From: Promethearchaeota archaeon
Lineage (GTDB): Archaea; Asgardarchaeota; Lokiarchaeia; Sigyniarchaeales; SOKP01
Assembly: GCA_019058445.1 (NCBI GenBank)
Contig: JAHPZA010000010.1
Span: 544,001-608,000, forward strand
Length of the DNA: 64,000 nucleotides
Direction of reading: 5' to 3'
The notes under the pieces are model-generated. The model ran no database searches, had not been told where the DNA came from, and worked only from the letters and a program-made list of their open reading frames with translations. Below are positions 1 to 10,341 of this stretch, one piece after another (within the stretch, counting starts at the first letter, position 1; every line of letters begins with the position of its first letter). A program made the translations under genes and the position numbers.

Positions 1-78
1 TTACTTCTTTTCAAAAAACAAAAATTTAAGATAATTGGTAATTTCTCCTTTTTTAACTCTTGGAAAAAGTGGATATCT

Positions 79-978
79 ATGCCCGAATTTATAAAAGCTT
101 TATCAGATGAGTTTGAAAACATCTATTATATTGAGGGAGAACGAAAGGGAGGGTATCCTTATTCAAACTCTATGCTAATAGGGGATTATTTAATTGACAC
201 GGGAATTTCAAGTGGACATATTAGGAAATTAAAAAGACAATTTGAGATTACTAGTGTTATCCTAAGTCACTGGCATGAAGATCATATTGCCGGAAATAGA
301 TTGCTAAAAAATGCTAAATTTTTATGTCATAGTGAAGATAAACATATTGTTGAAGATGTTGATAAAATTTTTCCTTATTATGGTCTAAAACCAGAAGATC
401 TACCTGATTTTGTGGAATTACTTGAAGGATTCAGAATGAATAATACAAAAATAGATAGAACAATTGAACATGAAGAAATCATTGAAATAAATGATATGCG
501 GTTGAAAGTGATTCATACTCCTGGACACACTGCGGGTCATTGTTGCTTTATTGAAGAAAATTCGAGAATTGGTTTCCTAGCAGATATTGATCTGACTAAT
601 TTTGGTCCTTTTTATGGAGGAATCGATTCGAGTGTGATTGATTTTGAAGAATCAATCGAAAAATTGGAGAAATTGAATATGGAAATTGCCATTTCGGGGC
701 ATAAAGGACTATTTCAAGGAGTTAAACTTATAAAAGAAAGCTTGAATAGATATAAATCAAAAATCTACGAATATGACGAGCGAATTTTGTCATATCTCTC
801 CGAAAAGAATCCATTGAACTCGAATGATTTAATAAAAAAGAATATCATTTATAAAAAATATGGACCCTGGAAAGTCTTTGAAATTACCGCTGAAAAAATA
901 ATGATCGAAAAGCATTTTGAGAAATTCCTTATAAATAAAGTAATTGAAAAGAGAGATAATGGCTATATTTTGAGTTAA
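79..978 (+). CDS. MBL-fold metallo-hydrolase
   Basis: SHWHEDHIAG (HxHxDH), HTPGHTAGH, IDTG and SGH motifs. Confidence 0.9.
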   Translation: MPEFIKALSDEFENIYYIEGERKGGYPYSNSMLIGDYLIDTGISSGHIRKLKRQFEITSVILSHWHEDHIAGNRLLKNAKFLCHSEDKHIVEDVDKIFPYYGLKPEDLPDFVELLEGFRMNNTKIDRTIEHEEIIEINDMRLKVIHTPGHTAGHCCFIEENSRIGFLADIDLTNFGPFYGGIDSSVIDFEESIEKLEKLNMEIAISGHKGLFQGVKLIKESLNRYKSKIYEYDERILSYLSEKNPLNSNDLIKKNIIYKKYGPWKVFEITAEKIMIEKHFEKFLINKVIEKRDNGYILS

Positions 979-983
979 TCCCT

Positions 984-2156
984 TTATTTTTTGATGCTAG
1001 TCATCATTTTAGTTACAGCTTCAATGAAACTGTCAGCTGGTTTTACATCACGCACTTTTTTTAAAGCTATAGATTCAGATGGACAATTGGATGCACATAA
1101 TCCACATCCAATGCAAATATCTTCTCTCAATTGTATTTTATCATCAGATTTATCTTCCTTCTCTCCAGTTATATAAGAGATTGCATAAAAAGGACATATT
1201 CTAACACATTTTTTACAATGCTTACATGTCTTCATATTAAAAACTGGCACATAATCAGATTTCTGGAACATACTTGGAAGGTTATATTTCTTTGCAGTAG
1301 ATAGAATACCACAACAACATTCGCAACAATTACATATAAAACCATGCCTGTCTACTGTATTCTGAGAGAGGTGGACTAACCCTTCTTTCTCTGCTTGCCT
1401 TAAAATCTCGAGCGTTTCATCTACATTAATATAATGACCGATTCCTTGTTCAACAGTATATCTTGCAGGTATACCAAAAGTTAAACAATTAGTTACTGTT
1501 CTTTTACATTCTGGATTAGTTTTTAGCATCATCGACATACTACGACAGGTACAGGGTAGTACTGCGATATTATTTTCTAATTTGCCAGCTTCTTTAACAA
1601 TTTTCTCTACATCTTGATAAGTAAAAACTTGAGATTTATCTACTTCTAGTTTTTCTCCAACTTGTATTAATCGTGAGTCAGTACCAGGTTTTAATGTGGG
1701 AATTATTCTAAACACACTGAAATCTGATTTTCTTGATAAAATCCCCGTAAATTCGGGGTCACCATGAAATCGCTCAACAAATTTTCGTCTTTCATCAATA
1801 TTGACATTTGGATTTATAATAAAATACTCAACTAATCCTGGAAACAATGGAGGTATCATATATTTCTTTGTTCCATCCTTTCTGCTGACATAATAAAATA
1901 ACACTCCCCTATGTGCCAATCTTTCAAAAGTCTCCCTTACTAATTCGACCGGTAAATTAGCCTTTTCTGCGTAGTCTTCAATTGTATATCTATCCCTCCC
2001 AATAATTTTGAAGGGCCCTGCCATTAAGACCTTAATATCTTCTGGAGTATACCATATTTTTAAAATATCTATTGAAGACTTGCTTTTAGGCATCATTAAG
2101 ATGTCTCTTAATTTCCTAAAGCCATCCTCGGCTTCTATGTCTGACATATTTCTCAC
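984..2156 (-). CDS. 4Fe-4S dicluster protein with N-terminal HTH-like region and CNCCxCCC motif (start may be ATG at 2147)
   Basis: CTCR, ICNCCECCC, CKHCKKCVRICP and CIGCGLCASNCP. Confidence 0.85.
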   Translation of the reverse strand: MRNMSDIEAEDGFRKLRDILMMPKSKSSIDILKIWYTPEDIKVLMAGPFKIIGRDRYTIEDYAEKANLPVELVRETFERLAHRGVLFYYVSRKDGTKKYMIPPLFPGLVEYFIINPNVNIDERRKFVERFHGDPEFTGILSRKSDFSVFRIIPTLKPGTDSRLIQVGEKLEVDKSQVFTYQDVEKIVKEAGKLENNIAVLPCTCRSMSMMLKTNPECKRTVTNCLTFGIPARYTVEQGIGHYINVDETLEILRQAEKEGLVHLSQNTVDRHGFICNCCECCCGILSTAKKYNLPSMFQKSDYVPVFNMKTCKHCKKCVRICPFYAISYITGEKEDKSDDKIQLREDICIGCGLCASNCPSESIALKKVRDVKPADSFIEAVTKMMTSIKK

Positions 2157-2505
2157 AAAAAAAAATATAATTTACTTTGAAATAAGATAACTTTATATAT
2201 TAAACTAGAGATTAAGATGGAATTAATTAATTACCTAAAAGATTATCATTCAAGAATTTATTATAGTTTTTATTGCTTTTTCAATAATATTAGAATTTCC
2301 TCATAAAGGAGTGTGATAAAACAATGAATGAAAATTTTTTACATATTTAATTTTAACTTAAATCTTAAACTAGTGTGATGATTTGAAATAAGAGATAGAT
2401 AACTGTGATAAAAGTGAAAATATTATCATACTAAATTGAAAGCATAATTAAGAATAAGAAAAATAAAAAAAAAATGAGTATTGGTTAAGTATATTATATT
2501 TTTTT

Positions 2506-3972
2506 TTATTCTGACTTTTCATGTGCCATTCTTTCAAGCTTACTTGGAGGTTTCGTATCGAAAGTTATTTGTTCTGGCCAACCACTAACAACTTTATCTA
2601 AATCAATGCCTCGTCTCTTTAGTACCGCCTTCCTAATCAAATAAACGATGACTCCTATACCTGCATAGGGAAAAACTATTAAAATTATAATGAGTCCTGC
2701 ATCAGGATCAGTAACTAGCAATAAAACAAACGCTATAGAAGAAACCACACCTAATATACTCATGATTTTAATACTCCTTATGGAAGGTTTAAAACCTGAT
2801 TTTTCATGTAATTCTGGAAACTTTTTGTGTAGTCGAATAGCAGCAATACATAATGGAACCTGTAAAATAAGAACCACGACACCAGTAACGGCACTTAATA
2901 ATACTGCAGTTGTTGCGATCCCGAATTGAGGACCAAACAGCGGTATAAAGGTTACTAAGAAAATTATACCCACGATGAGAAGGAGTATCAAGCCAGGGAT
3001 TGGCGTTCTATATTTTGGGTGGAGTTCGGCAAATTTTTTGGGAAATACCTCATCTCTTCCAGCCATTAAGAAATCCCTCGAAAAAGCTAAGTATAAAGGA
3101 TGTAGAGTTGATGCGATCGCGAGAGCAATGAGTATAGTGATTATCACCAAAAAACCAGCAGGAAGAATGCGTTCAGTAAGTATAATTTCTGTTACTGTTC
3201 CTACCGGTTTATTATATGGATGGATTCCTGCAACCATCAATGCTTGTAGTGTATATAATATAACAAGAAGAGGTATACTTATCAAGAGAGCTCGTGGAAT
3301 ATTTTTTTGAGGATTTTTCACTTCACCAGCAACATCGAGTATTAAAGTAAAACCGGTATATGAAAAGAAAAAGATAAGTGCTGCGAATAATACAGGTGAG
3401 ATTCCAAGAGGGAACATAGGTTCAAAATTTCCAGAATTAAAATGAGGGGCTGCTACTACAATAAATATTATCATAACTAAAATGTCTCCGACGATTGTAA
3501 TAATCATTTCTACTAATCCAGATATTTCTACATGTAATATATTTAAAAGGAAAAATGCTATCAATACCGCAATACCGACTCCTACCACAAACCCTAATCT
3601 ACTCTCCTCTGGGATCATAAAAATTTCTGCTATAAATAGCGCAAAAGTAGCAGCTAAAAAGGCTAAAGCCGCACAAACAGCTAATATAATCATCCATACA
3701 ACCATAAAACCGGTAAACTTCCCCATTAATCTACTACTTACCATGTACGATCCTCCTCCAACAGGAATAGCCGAACCTATATATGCACAGCAATAAGCTA
3801 CGAAAATCCCAGGAATTACGGCTAACAAATAAGCAATATATATCGCAGGTCCTGTTCTTGATAAAATAGCTGCGGGTGCTATCCATATAGACGATCCGAT
3901 AACCATACCTACGATAATAAAGATTGCCATCGGTAGCGTAAGACCACGCTTTAATTCTTTATCTTCAGCCAT
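2506..3972 (-). CDS. APC-family amino acid permease
   Basis: About 12 hydrophobic segments; GMVIGSSIW, GGGSY, FSYTGF, GEVKNPQKNIPRA, HPKYRTP. Confidence 0.92.
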   Translation of the reverse strand: MAEDKELKRGLTLPMAIFIIVGMVIGSSIWIAPAAILSRTGPAIYIAYLLAVIPGIFVAYCCAYIGSAIPVGGGSYMVSSRLMGKFTGFMVVWMIILAVCAALAFLAATFALFIAEIFMIPEESRLGFVVGVGIAVLIAFFLLNILHVEISGLVEMIITIVGDILVMIIFIVVAAPHFNSGNFEPMFPLGISPVLFAALIFFFSYTGFTLILDVAGEVKNPQKNIPRALLISIPLLVILYTLQALMVAGIHPYNKPVGTVTEIILTERILPAGFLVIITILIALAIASTLHPLYLAFSRDFLMAGRDEVFPKKFAELHPKYRTPIPGLILLLIVGIIFLVTFIPLFGPQFGIATTAVLLSAVTGVVVLILQVPLCIAAIRLHKKFPELHEKSGFKPSIRSIKIMSILGVVSSIAFVLLLVTDPDAGLIIILIVFPYAGIGVIVYLIRKAVLKRRGIDLDKVVSGWPEQITFDTKPPSKLERMAHEKSE

Positions 3973-4120
3973 AAATTTTCATCTTTTTTACAAATTTTTA
4001 AAGTTTTACTTTTTATTTTTTTTATTTACAAAAGGTATTAATTTTAAATTTAGCCTAATAATTATTTAAATGTTTGAATTTGCAATCATAAGTTAACCTA
4101 ACAAATTTAGCAGATATCAT

Positions 4121-4999
4121 ATGAAAATCGGAACTAAGTATGTAAATACTCCATTGAAAGATTATTCTGTTAAAATACATTGGAGGAATACCATGAATTA
4201 TGCAGCTTCTTTAAATGATAACAATCTAATTTATTTTGATGACGAAAGGAAAGATGGAATCGTCGCTCCACCAATGTACGCAGTTGCAATAACTTGGCCT
4301 GTAATAGAGAACATCCGTGATTTCATGATTGGGAATAAATTCTCAAATAGGATTATGGCTACTATGGTTCATTATAGTGAACATCTCACCTTCCATCGGC
4401 TTATCAAATCAGGTGATGAATTAACAATAAAAGGAAAAATCGCTGCTATCTTGCCACATCGTGCAGGGACACATGTTATTATACGATTGGATGCGTTAGA
4501 CCAGAATGAATCCCCAGTATTTACAGAACATATCGGGGGTATGCTTCGAGGTGTTGAATGTTTAGGTGAGGCAATGGGAGAGGAAAGTCTTCCAAAAACA
4601 CCTCAAGAAAAGGATAATTCAAGTACCCTATGGAAGGAAACTGTAGATATTGATAAACTCCAGACTTTTATCTACGATGGTTGTACAAATATATATTTTC
4701 CAATACATACTTCAAAAAAATTTGCTCATATGGTAGGGCTACCTAACATCATTTTACAAGGTACGGCTACTCTTGCATATGCTGTTAAGGTAATTACAAA
4801 TAAAGAAGCGAAAAGAAATCCATATCATATCAAAGAAATAGCGTGCAATTTTGGAGCTATGATTTTGCCAGGAACAGATATCGAAATCCACTTAAAAAGC
4901 AGAAACAAATTAAAGGGTGATATGAATTTATTTTTTGAGGTTTATAATAATGAGCAGAAAAAGGCAATTCGAAGTGGATATATAAAAATTAAAGAATAA
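4121..4999 (+). CDS. MaoC-family double-hotdog (R)-enoyl-CoA hydratase/dehydratase
   Basis: VAPPMYAV...MVHYSEHLTFHR in the first hotdog; FPIHTSKKFAHMVGLPNIILQG in the second. Confidence 0.8.
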   Translation: MKIGTKYVNTPLKDYSVKIHWRNTMNYAASLNDNNLIYFDDERKDGIVAPPMYAVAITWPVIENIRDFMIGNKFSNRIMATMVHYSEHLTFHRLIKSGDELTIKGKIAAILPHRAGTHVIIRLDALDQNESPVFTEHIGGMLRGVECLGEAMGEESLPKTPQEKDNSSTLWKETVDIDKLQTFIYDGCTNIYFPIHTSKKFAHMVGLPNIILQGTATLAYAVKVITNKEAKRNPYHIKEIACNFGAMILPGTDIEIHLKSRNKLKGDMNLFFEVYNNEQKKAIRSGYIKIKE

Positions 5000-5069
5000 T
5001 ATATCAATTAATTAAGTGATTTTTTTCGAAATAATAAAAAATTATTTTATATTTAAATTTTAAAAGCAG

Positions 5070-6713
5070 GTGATAAAGAGAGAAATGAAATTACCAAAAT
5101 TCAAACTTTTCTGGAAATATCCAGAATATTGGGCAGAAAAAAAACCAGAATTTCCAATTGTAAGATTCAAGAAAAAAGTTATTACAACAAAAGAATTAAA
5201 CAAGATTTCGAATAAGCTAGCTATGGCCTTTTTAGATATGGGAGTAAAAAAAGGGGACACAGTTGTTACCGTTCTTCCGACAATTCCGGAGTATATAATT
5301 ACGTTTATAGCTGCAAGTAAAATAGGCGCAATAACAATCCCCATGGACAAAGAGTATAAGAAAGCAGATTTTAAACTTTTAATTCCACATTCTAATCCAA
5401 AAGTTATAGTTACAATTGATAAGTGGCAAAAGAACAAAATAGCTGATAATTTAATGGAATTAAGTACCGAATTTGGAGATATTCAATATGTAATGGTTGG
5501 AAAACATGCTTTAGGTACTCCATTTGAAGATATAATAGCAAAGGAATATATTCTTGATGAAAAATTAAAAATTGCTAAAGAAAATCAAAGTCCAGAGGAT
5601 TGCACTCTAGTAGTATGGACAGGAGGAACTACAGGATTTCCTAAAGCAGTTGAATTATCTCATACAAATATTATTGAGATGTGTCATATTGAATATAATA
5701 CGCTAATGGATTTTTTCATCAGTAAAGGTTACATGAAAGAAGATGAACACCCCGTATGGTTGATTAATCTACCTTTTAGCCATGTTGGTGGAGCTGTTGA
5801 ATTACTTGGAACGGGCATTATAGGTGGAGCAGAAAATATTCTTCAAGCATCCTGGTCTCCTTGGGATTCATTAAAAGCAATGCAAAAATATAATATTAAA
5901 GTTTTTGGAGGTGTCCCTACCATGTTCAAGATTTATCTTTCTTTGCCTGATCTCGATACTTATGAGCCAAAGAAATATTTAAAGATAGTACTTCTCTCGG
6001 GAGAAAAAGTTCCATTAGATCTATTGAAAGGCATTCATAAACGTCTCTGTGAAAATATCATTATTGGATATGGAAGCACCGAAGCCGGAGCAGAAGCAAC
6101 TTTTACAGAACCAGGAGATGACTTCGAAAAAATTGCAAAAGGTTATGTAGGAAAAGCACTTCCGGGGATGGAAATTAAAATTATAGATGAGGAAGGAAAA
6201 GAGCTTTCTCCCGGAGAAATAGGTGAAGTCCTGACTAATGGCCCCTTAGCTAGCAAATCATATTACAAAATGCCCGAGGAAGATAAAGCAGGATTTACTT
6301 CTGATGGTTATTGTAAAACTGGAGACTTAGGATACCTAGATGAGGAGGGAGGATTATATATTACGGGAAGAATTAAAGAGATTATGCGTGTGGGAGCCTA
6401 TACGGTTCTTCCTGCAGAAATAGAGGATCTTGTTATTTCACACCCCAAAGTGGCAATTGTAGCCGCATTGGGAGCTCCTGATGAAATACACGGAGAAGTT
6501 GTGTGGCTTGTGATAGGACCAGAGCTTGGACAAAATTTTGATGAAAATGATAAAGCAGAAATTATGAAGATATGCGAAGATAATTTAGCTAAATATAAAG
6601 TTCCAAAAAAATTAATAATTTATCCTCTCGATCCCAATGATCTTCCGATTACGAGAATTGGAAAAGTTGATCGTGTAAGGTTGAAAAAGGAACTATTACC
6701 TCCTCCTAAATAA
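5070..6713 (+). CDS. Class I adenylate-forming enzyme (acyl-CoA synthetase)
   Basis: TGGTTGFPKAV, GYGSTE, KTGDLG, GRIKE, GKVDR. Confidence 0.92.
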   Translation: MIKREMKLPKFKLFWKYPEYWAEKKPEFPIVRFKKKVITTKELNKISNKLAMAFLDMGVKKGDTVVTVLPTIPEYIITFIAASKIGAITIPMDKEYKKADFKLLIPHSNPKVIVTIDKWQKNKIADNLMELSTEFGDIQYVMVGKHALGTPFEDIIAKEYILDEKLKIAKENQSPEDCTLVVWTGGTTGFPKAVELSHTNIIEMCHIEYNTLMDFFISKGYMKEDEHPVWLINLPFSHVGGAVELLGTGIIGGAENILQASWSPWDSLKAMQKYNIKVFGGVPTMFKIYLSLPDLDTYEPKKYLKIVLLSGEKVPLDLLKGIHKRLCENIIIGYGSTEAGAEATFTEPGDDFEKIAKGYVGKALPGMEIKIIDEEGKELSPGEIGEVLTNGPLASKSYYKMPEEDKAGFTSDGYCKTGDLGYLDEEGGLYITGRIKEIMRVGAYTVLPAEIEDLVISHPKVAIVAALGAPDEIHGEVVWLVIGPELGQNFDENDKAEIMKICEDNLAKYKVPKKLIIYPLDPNDLPITRIGKVDRVRLKKELLPPPK

Positions 6714-6746
6714 CCTTAATCCCTATTTTTTTTAACAATTTATATT

Positions 6747-7727
6747 CTAATTTTTAGGCAATTTCTTTCTTAAAAGCTTAAAAAACTCTGAAAGGTCAAT
6801 ATTCCCTCCGCTAATTATAACACCTATCTTTGCACCTTTAGTCCATGACGAAATTTCTTCATTATACAGCAATCCTGCCAGAGAAACTGCACCTGAAGGT
6901 TCGACTACTAATTTCATTCTTTCCCAGTAAAATTGCATTGCGTCAACGATTTGTTCTTCAGTAACAGTAATAATTTTATCAACCTTTTCTAAGATCACTT
7001 TAAAGGTATTTTTTCCTAATGATGTACGAAGCCCATCTGCAATAGTATTAGGATTTACAGAGGGATATAATTTTTTATCATAAAACGATCTGAAAGCATC
7101 GTCGGCATTTTTCGGCTCAACAGCAATTACTTTAATATCAGGACACAATCCTTTAGAGGCAATCGAGCTGCCGCTCAATAATCCGCCACCACCTACTGGT
7201 ACAAACAACAAATCTAATTGTCCAACTTCTTCAATTAATTCATAAGCGGCAGTACCTGCTCCTAAAAAGACATTTTTATTATCGTGAGGGTGCACTAATG
7301 TATATCCCTTTTCTTGTACTAAATCATCTGCAAGTTTTTCGCGATCGCTTGGATCATTGCCGCTTATCACGATTTCAGCCCCATAATGGCTTGTTGCTTC
7401 TTTTTTCACTTGTGGCGCATTTTCAGGCATGACGATTACTGATTTCACTCCTAATGATGTGGCTGCCAATGCCACGGCTTGAGCATGATTGCCTGATGAA
7501 TGTGCTATTACTCCCTTTTCTTTTTCCTGCTCGGATAAGCAATTCAAAGCATTATATGCCCCCCTAAACTTAAAAGAACCTGTACGTTGGAAATTCTCAC
7601 ATTTTATATAAACTTTAGCATCGCCTACCAAGGAATTAAGAGTGCGACTTGTCATAACGGGAGTTTTATTAGCACCCTTTTTTACTCTTTCATATACTTC
7701 TTTATATTGTTCGAAAATTTTTACCAA
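6747..7727 (-). CDS. PLP-dependent threonine/serine dehydratase or serine racemase family (no regulatory domain)
   Basis: KCENFQRTGSFKFRGA, SSGNHAQ, PVGGGGL, SGGNID. Confidence 0.9.
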   Translation of the reverse strand: MVKIFEQYKEVYERVKKGANKTPVMTSRTLNSLVGDAKVYIKCENFQRTGSFKFRGAYNALNCLSEQEKEKGVIAHSSGNHAQAVALAATSLGVKSVIVMPENAPQVKKEATSHYGAEIVISGNDPSDREKLADDLVQEKGYTLVHPHDNKNVFLGAGTAAYELIEEVGQLDLLFVPVGGGGLLSGSSIASKGLCPDIKVIAVEPKNADDAFRSFYDKKLYPSVNPNTIADGLRTSLGKNTFKVILEKVDKIITVTEEQIVDAMQFYWERMKLVVEPSGAVSLAGLLYNEEISSWTKGAKIGVIISGGNIDLSEFFKLLRKKLPKN

Positions 7728-7896
7728 CCTTTAAGAAATAATAAGATAACCAATATTAATGTTAAATTTATAAATTGTGTAATCTCAAAAAGGATTTTGA
7801 AATGAATCTAACGAAATCAATTTGGTTTTATAAGGAAAAAACGTTTTTCAACATATTAAAATATTAAAAAATGTAAAACTATTGGAGGTAAACACA

Positions 7897-8664
7897 TTGG
7901 AAAATGTTGTAATATATGAAAAAAAAGGCAACATAGGGAAAATCACACTTAATAAGCCAGATCAGCGAAATTCTTTAGATTTAATCACAGTTCAAAAATT
8001 GATTGAAGCATTTAAGTAAAGCGCTCAAAATGAAGATATATGTGTAATTTTCACAGCTGAAGGGAAACATTTCACTGTAGGTGATGATCTTAAATACACC
8101 TATGAGTTACTCAATGATGTCGAAAAATTACCTGAAGCTATGGTATTTATTGGGTGCTTTCAGGAGTTAACCAGAGTAATGTTAGCTCATCCGGGAGTAA
8201 TAATTGCAGGGCTCCATGGTTGGGTGATTGGAGGGGGTTTGGAAATGCTCTTATCTTGTGATTTAAGGATTGCTGCTACCGATACAAGAATCATGCTACC
8301 CGAGTTAAAAGTCGGACTCTTTTTTTCAAATGGTTCCACAAAATTATTACAAATCATAGTAGGGCAAGGACGTGCGAAAGAACTTATGTTTTTAGGGAAA
8401 GAAATTAACGCAGAACAAGCTTTCAATATTGGATTAGTCGCTGAAATTTGTAAACCAGAAGGATTAAATAGAATCCTTAAGAGAATAGCTAACACTATTT
8501 TACAGAATTCTCATATCGGGGTTCGTATAGCCAAAAAACTGTTAAATGAAAATCTTGATAAAGATATGGAGGGTGTTCTGGATAGCGAAATGCTTGCGTT
8601 AATGGAGACGGGGCAATCTAAAGAAGGGAAGCGAAGAATAGGACAGTTTTTGAAAAATCACTAA
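7897..8664 (+). pseudogene. Enoyl-CoA hydratase/isomerase paralog interrupted by in-frame TAA at 8017-8019
   Basis: GGAGGT SD (7884-7889), TTG start at 7897, reads ENVVIYEKKGNIGKITLNKPDQRNSLD...EAFK*SAQNEDICVIFTAEGKHFTVG in frame with ORF 8140..8664; colinear with the intact paralog at 9396. Confidence 0.88.
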
Positions 8665-8797
8665 GCAGAAGGAAAATTCACTTCAAGACTTAAACATTTT
8701 TTAATTTTTCTTTTTTTAAATATTCAAAACCTCCTAGAAGCTTTTCCAATGTAAATTTTAATATAATTTTAAATAGCGTTATATTTATGAGGTTATT

Positions 8798-9253
8798 ATG
8801 AGACAAGATAAGAGTAAGGAAAGTTTGTTACAATACATCAATATTCTCGTGGACTCTTTTGATGTTAGTTTATCAGATATTTATAATAAATTCTTTCATG
8901 ACTTCAATGATGGTATAGAGATGGATGATGGGCTAACTTTAATAGGTATTAAAGGTCATTTAAAAAGCCATCAAGAGGGAGATATGGTAGTATCTAACAT
9001 GTAGTTTGAGTATTCTATTTTAAAGGAGCCATATTCGGAGCGGGAAGAAGCTCATGAAGTCCAATGGCATTCTATATTAGATAAAGATTTGAGTCATCAA
9101 TGTTCTATTAGACAGTTAGAGAGAAATTTCGATGTTATCAAAAAAAGAATCAATAATTTTTATTTATTTACCCCTAATCTTATATCTCAATTTGCCAATA
9201 TAGAAGTTGATGTTAAAATTGGTTCAAAAGTATTTCATCGATCAATAGAATAA
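8798..9253 (+). pseudogene. Hypothetical protein of about 151 codons interrupted by in-frame TAG at 9002-9004 (or amber readthrough)
   Basis: GAGGT SD before ATG 8798; after the TAG the same frame stays open for 82 codons (FEYSILKEPYSER...FHRSIE) to TAA at 9251-9253. Confidence 0.6.
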
Positions 9254-9395
9254 CCAATATATATATTTAAAAGGCTTATAGAAATTTTGTCTATATTTTT
9301 CTAAATAAAACACTTATAAAAAGAAAATCCTTATTCTGAAATATACTAAACAATAAAAACAATATGATCAATATATAGGAGTGATAGATAAAATT

Positions 9396-10163
9396 ATGGC
9401 AGAAGATGCTGTGTTATATGAAAAAAAGGGTGATATTGGCACCATTACGCTAAATAAACCCGAACAGCGAAATACTTTGGATTTACAAACTAACAATTTA
9501 TTAATAGAAAAATTCAAAGAAAGTGCTGAAAATGGCGATGAATGCGTAATTTATGCCGCAAATGGAAAACATTTTACCGTAGGGGCAGATCTTAAGTATG
9601 GATACGAGTTAGTATGCAATACTGAAAGACTGGCTGAGGGTGTAGAGTTTATGGAATCATGGCAACATATAACGAGAGCCATGTACGCTCATCCAGGAAT
9701 TATTATTGTAGGTTATCATGGCTGGGTCATTGGTGGAGGGTTTGAACATACGCTTGCCAGTGATTTACGTATTGCCGCTACTGATTCTAGGATAATGCTT
9801 CCGGAAGTGGGGGTCGGACTGTTTTTTTCAAATGCTTCAACAAAGATATTGCCACGAATAATAGGAGAAGGTAGGGCTAAAGAGCTGATGCTTTTAGGTA
9901 AAGAAATATCAGCAGAACAGGCTCTCAACATGGGATTAGTGAGTGAGGTCTGTAAGCCTGAATCACTTAAAAGAATACTTAAAAAAACAGCTAATAGTAT
10001 TGTACAAAAAGATCATCTCGCAATCAGACTCACAAAACAATTCATTAATGAAAATCAAGATATCGACGTTGAAGGGGTTTTAGCAAGGGAATCCGTTGCG
10101 ATGATAACAACAGGACAATCTGAGGGGTTAAAAGAAAAATTAAAGAAATTTGTTGAACATTAA
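9396..10163 (+). CDS. Enoyl-CoA hydratase/isomerase (crotonase family)
   Basis: TLNKPEQRN, FTVGADL, GGGFE, LPEVGVG; ATG 9396 follows GGAGTGA (ORF track starts at GTG 9381). Confidence 0.92.
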   Translation: MAEDAVLYEKKGDIGTITLNKPEQRNTLDLQTNNLLIEKFKESAENGDECVIYAANGKHFTVGADLKYGYELVCNTERLAEGVEFMESWQHITRAMYAHPGIIIVGYHGWVIGGGFEHTLASDLRIAATDSRIMLPEVGVGLFFSNASTKILPRIIGEGRAKELMLLGKEISAEQALNMGLVSEVCKPESLKRILKKTANSIVQKDHLAIRLTKQFINENQDIDVEGVLARESVAMITTGQSEGLKEKLKKFVEH

Positions 10164-10341
10164 AATTGAGATCCAAATTAAAGCTAATATCGTCTATTTA
10201 TTATTTCTATTCTTTTTTCTTTATGCATATGTTTTTAAGAGTATTTTTAAGAGATACTTTCTCACAAATTAATAACTAATTTTTAGTTTTAGACATTCTA
10301 ATATTTAATAATGAAAAGTTATGATTTAAAGTGAGAAAAAA

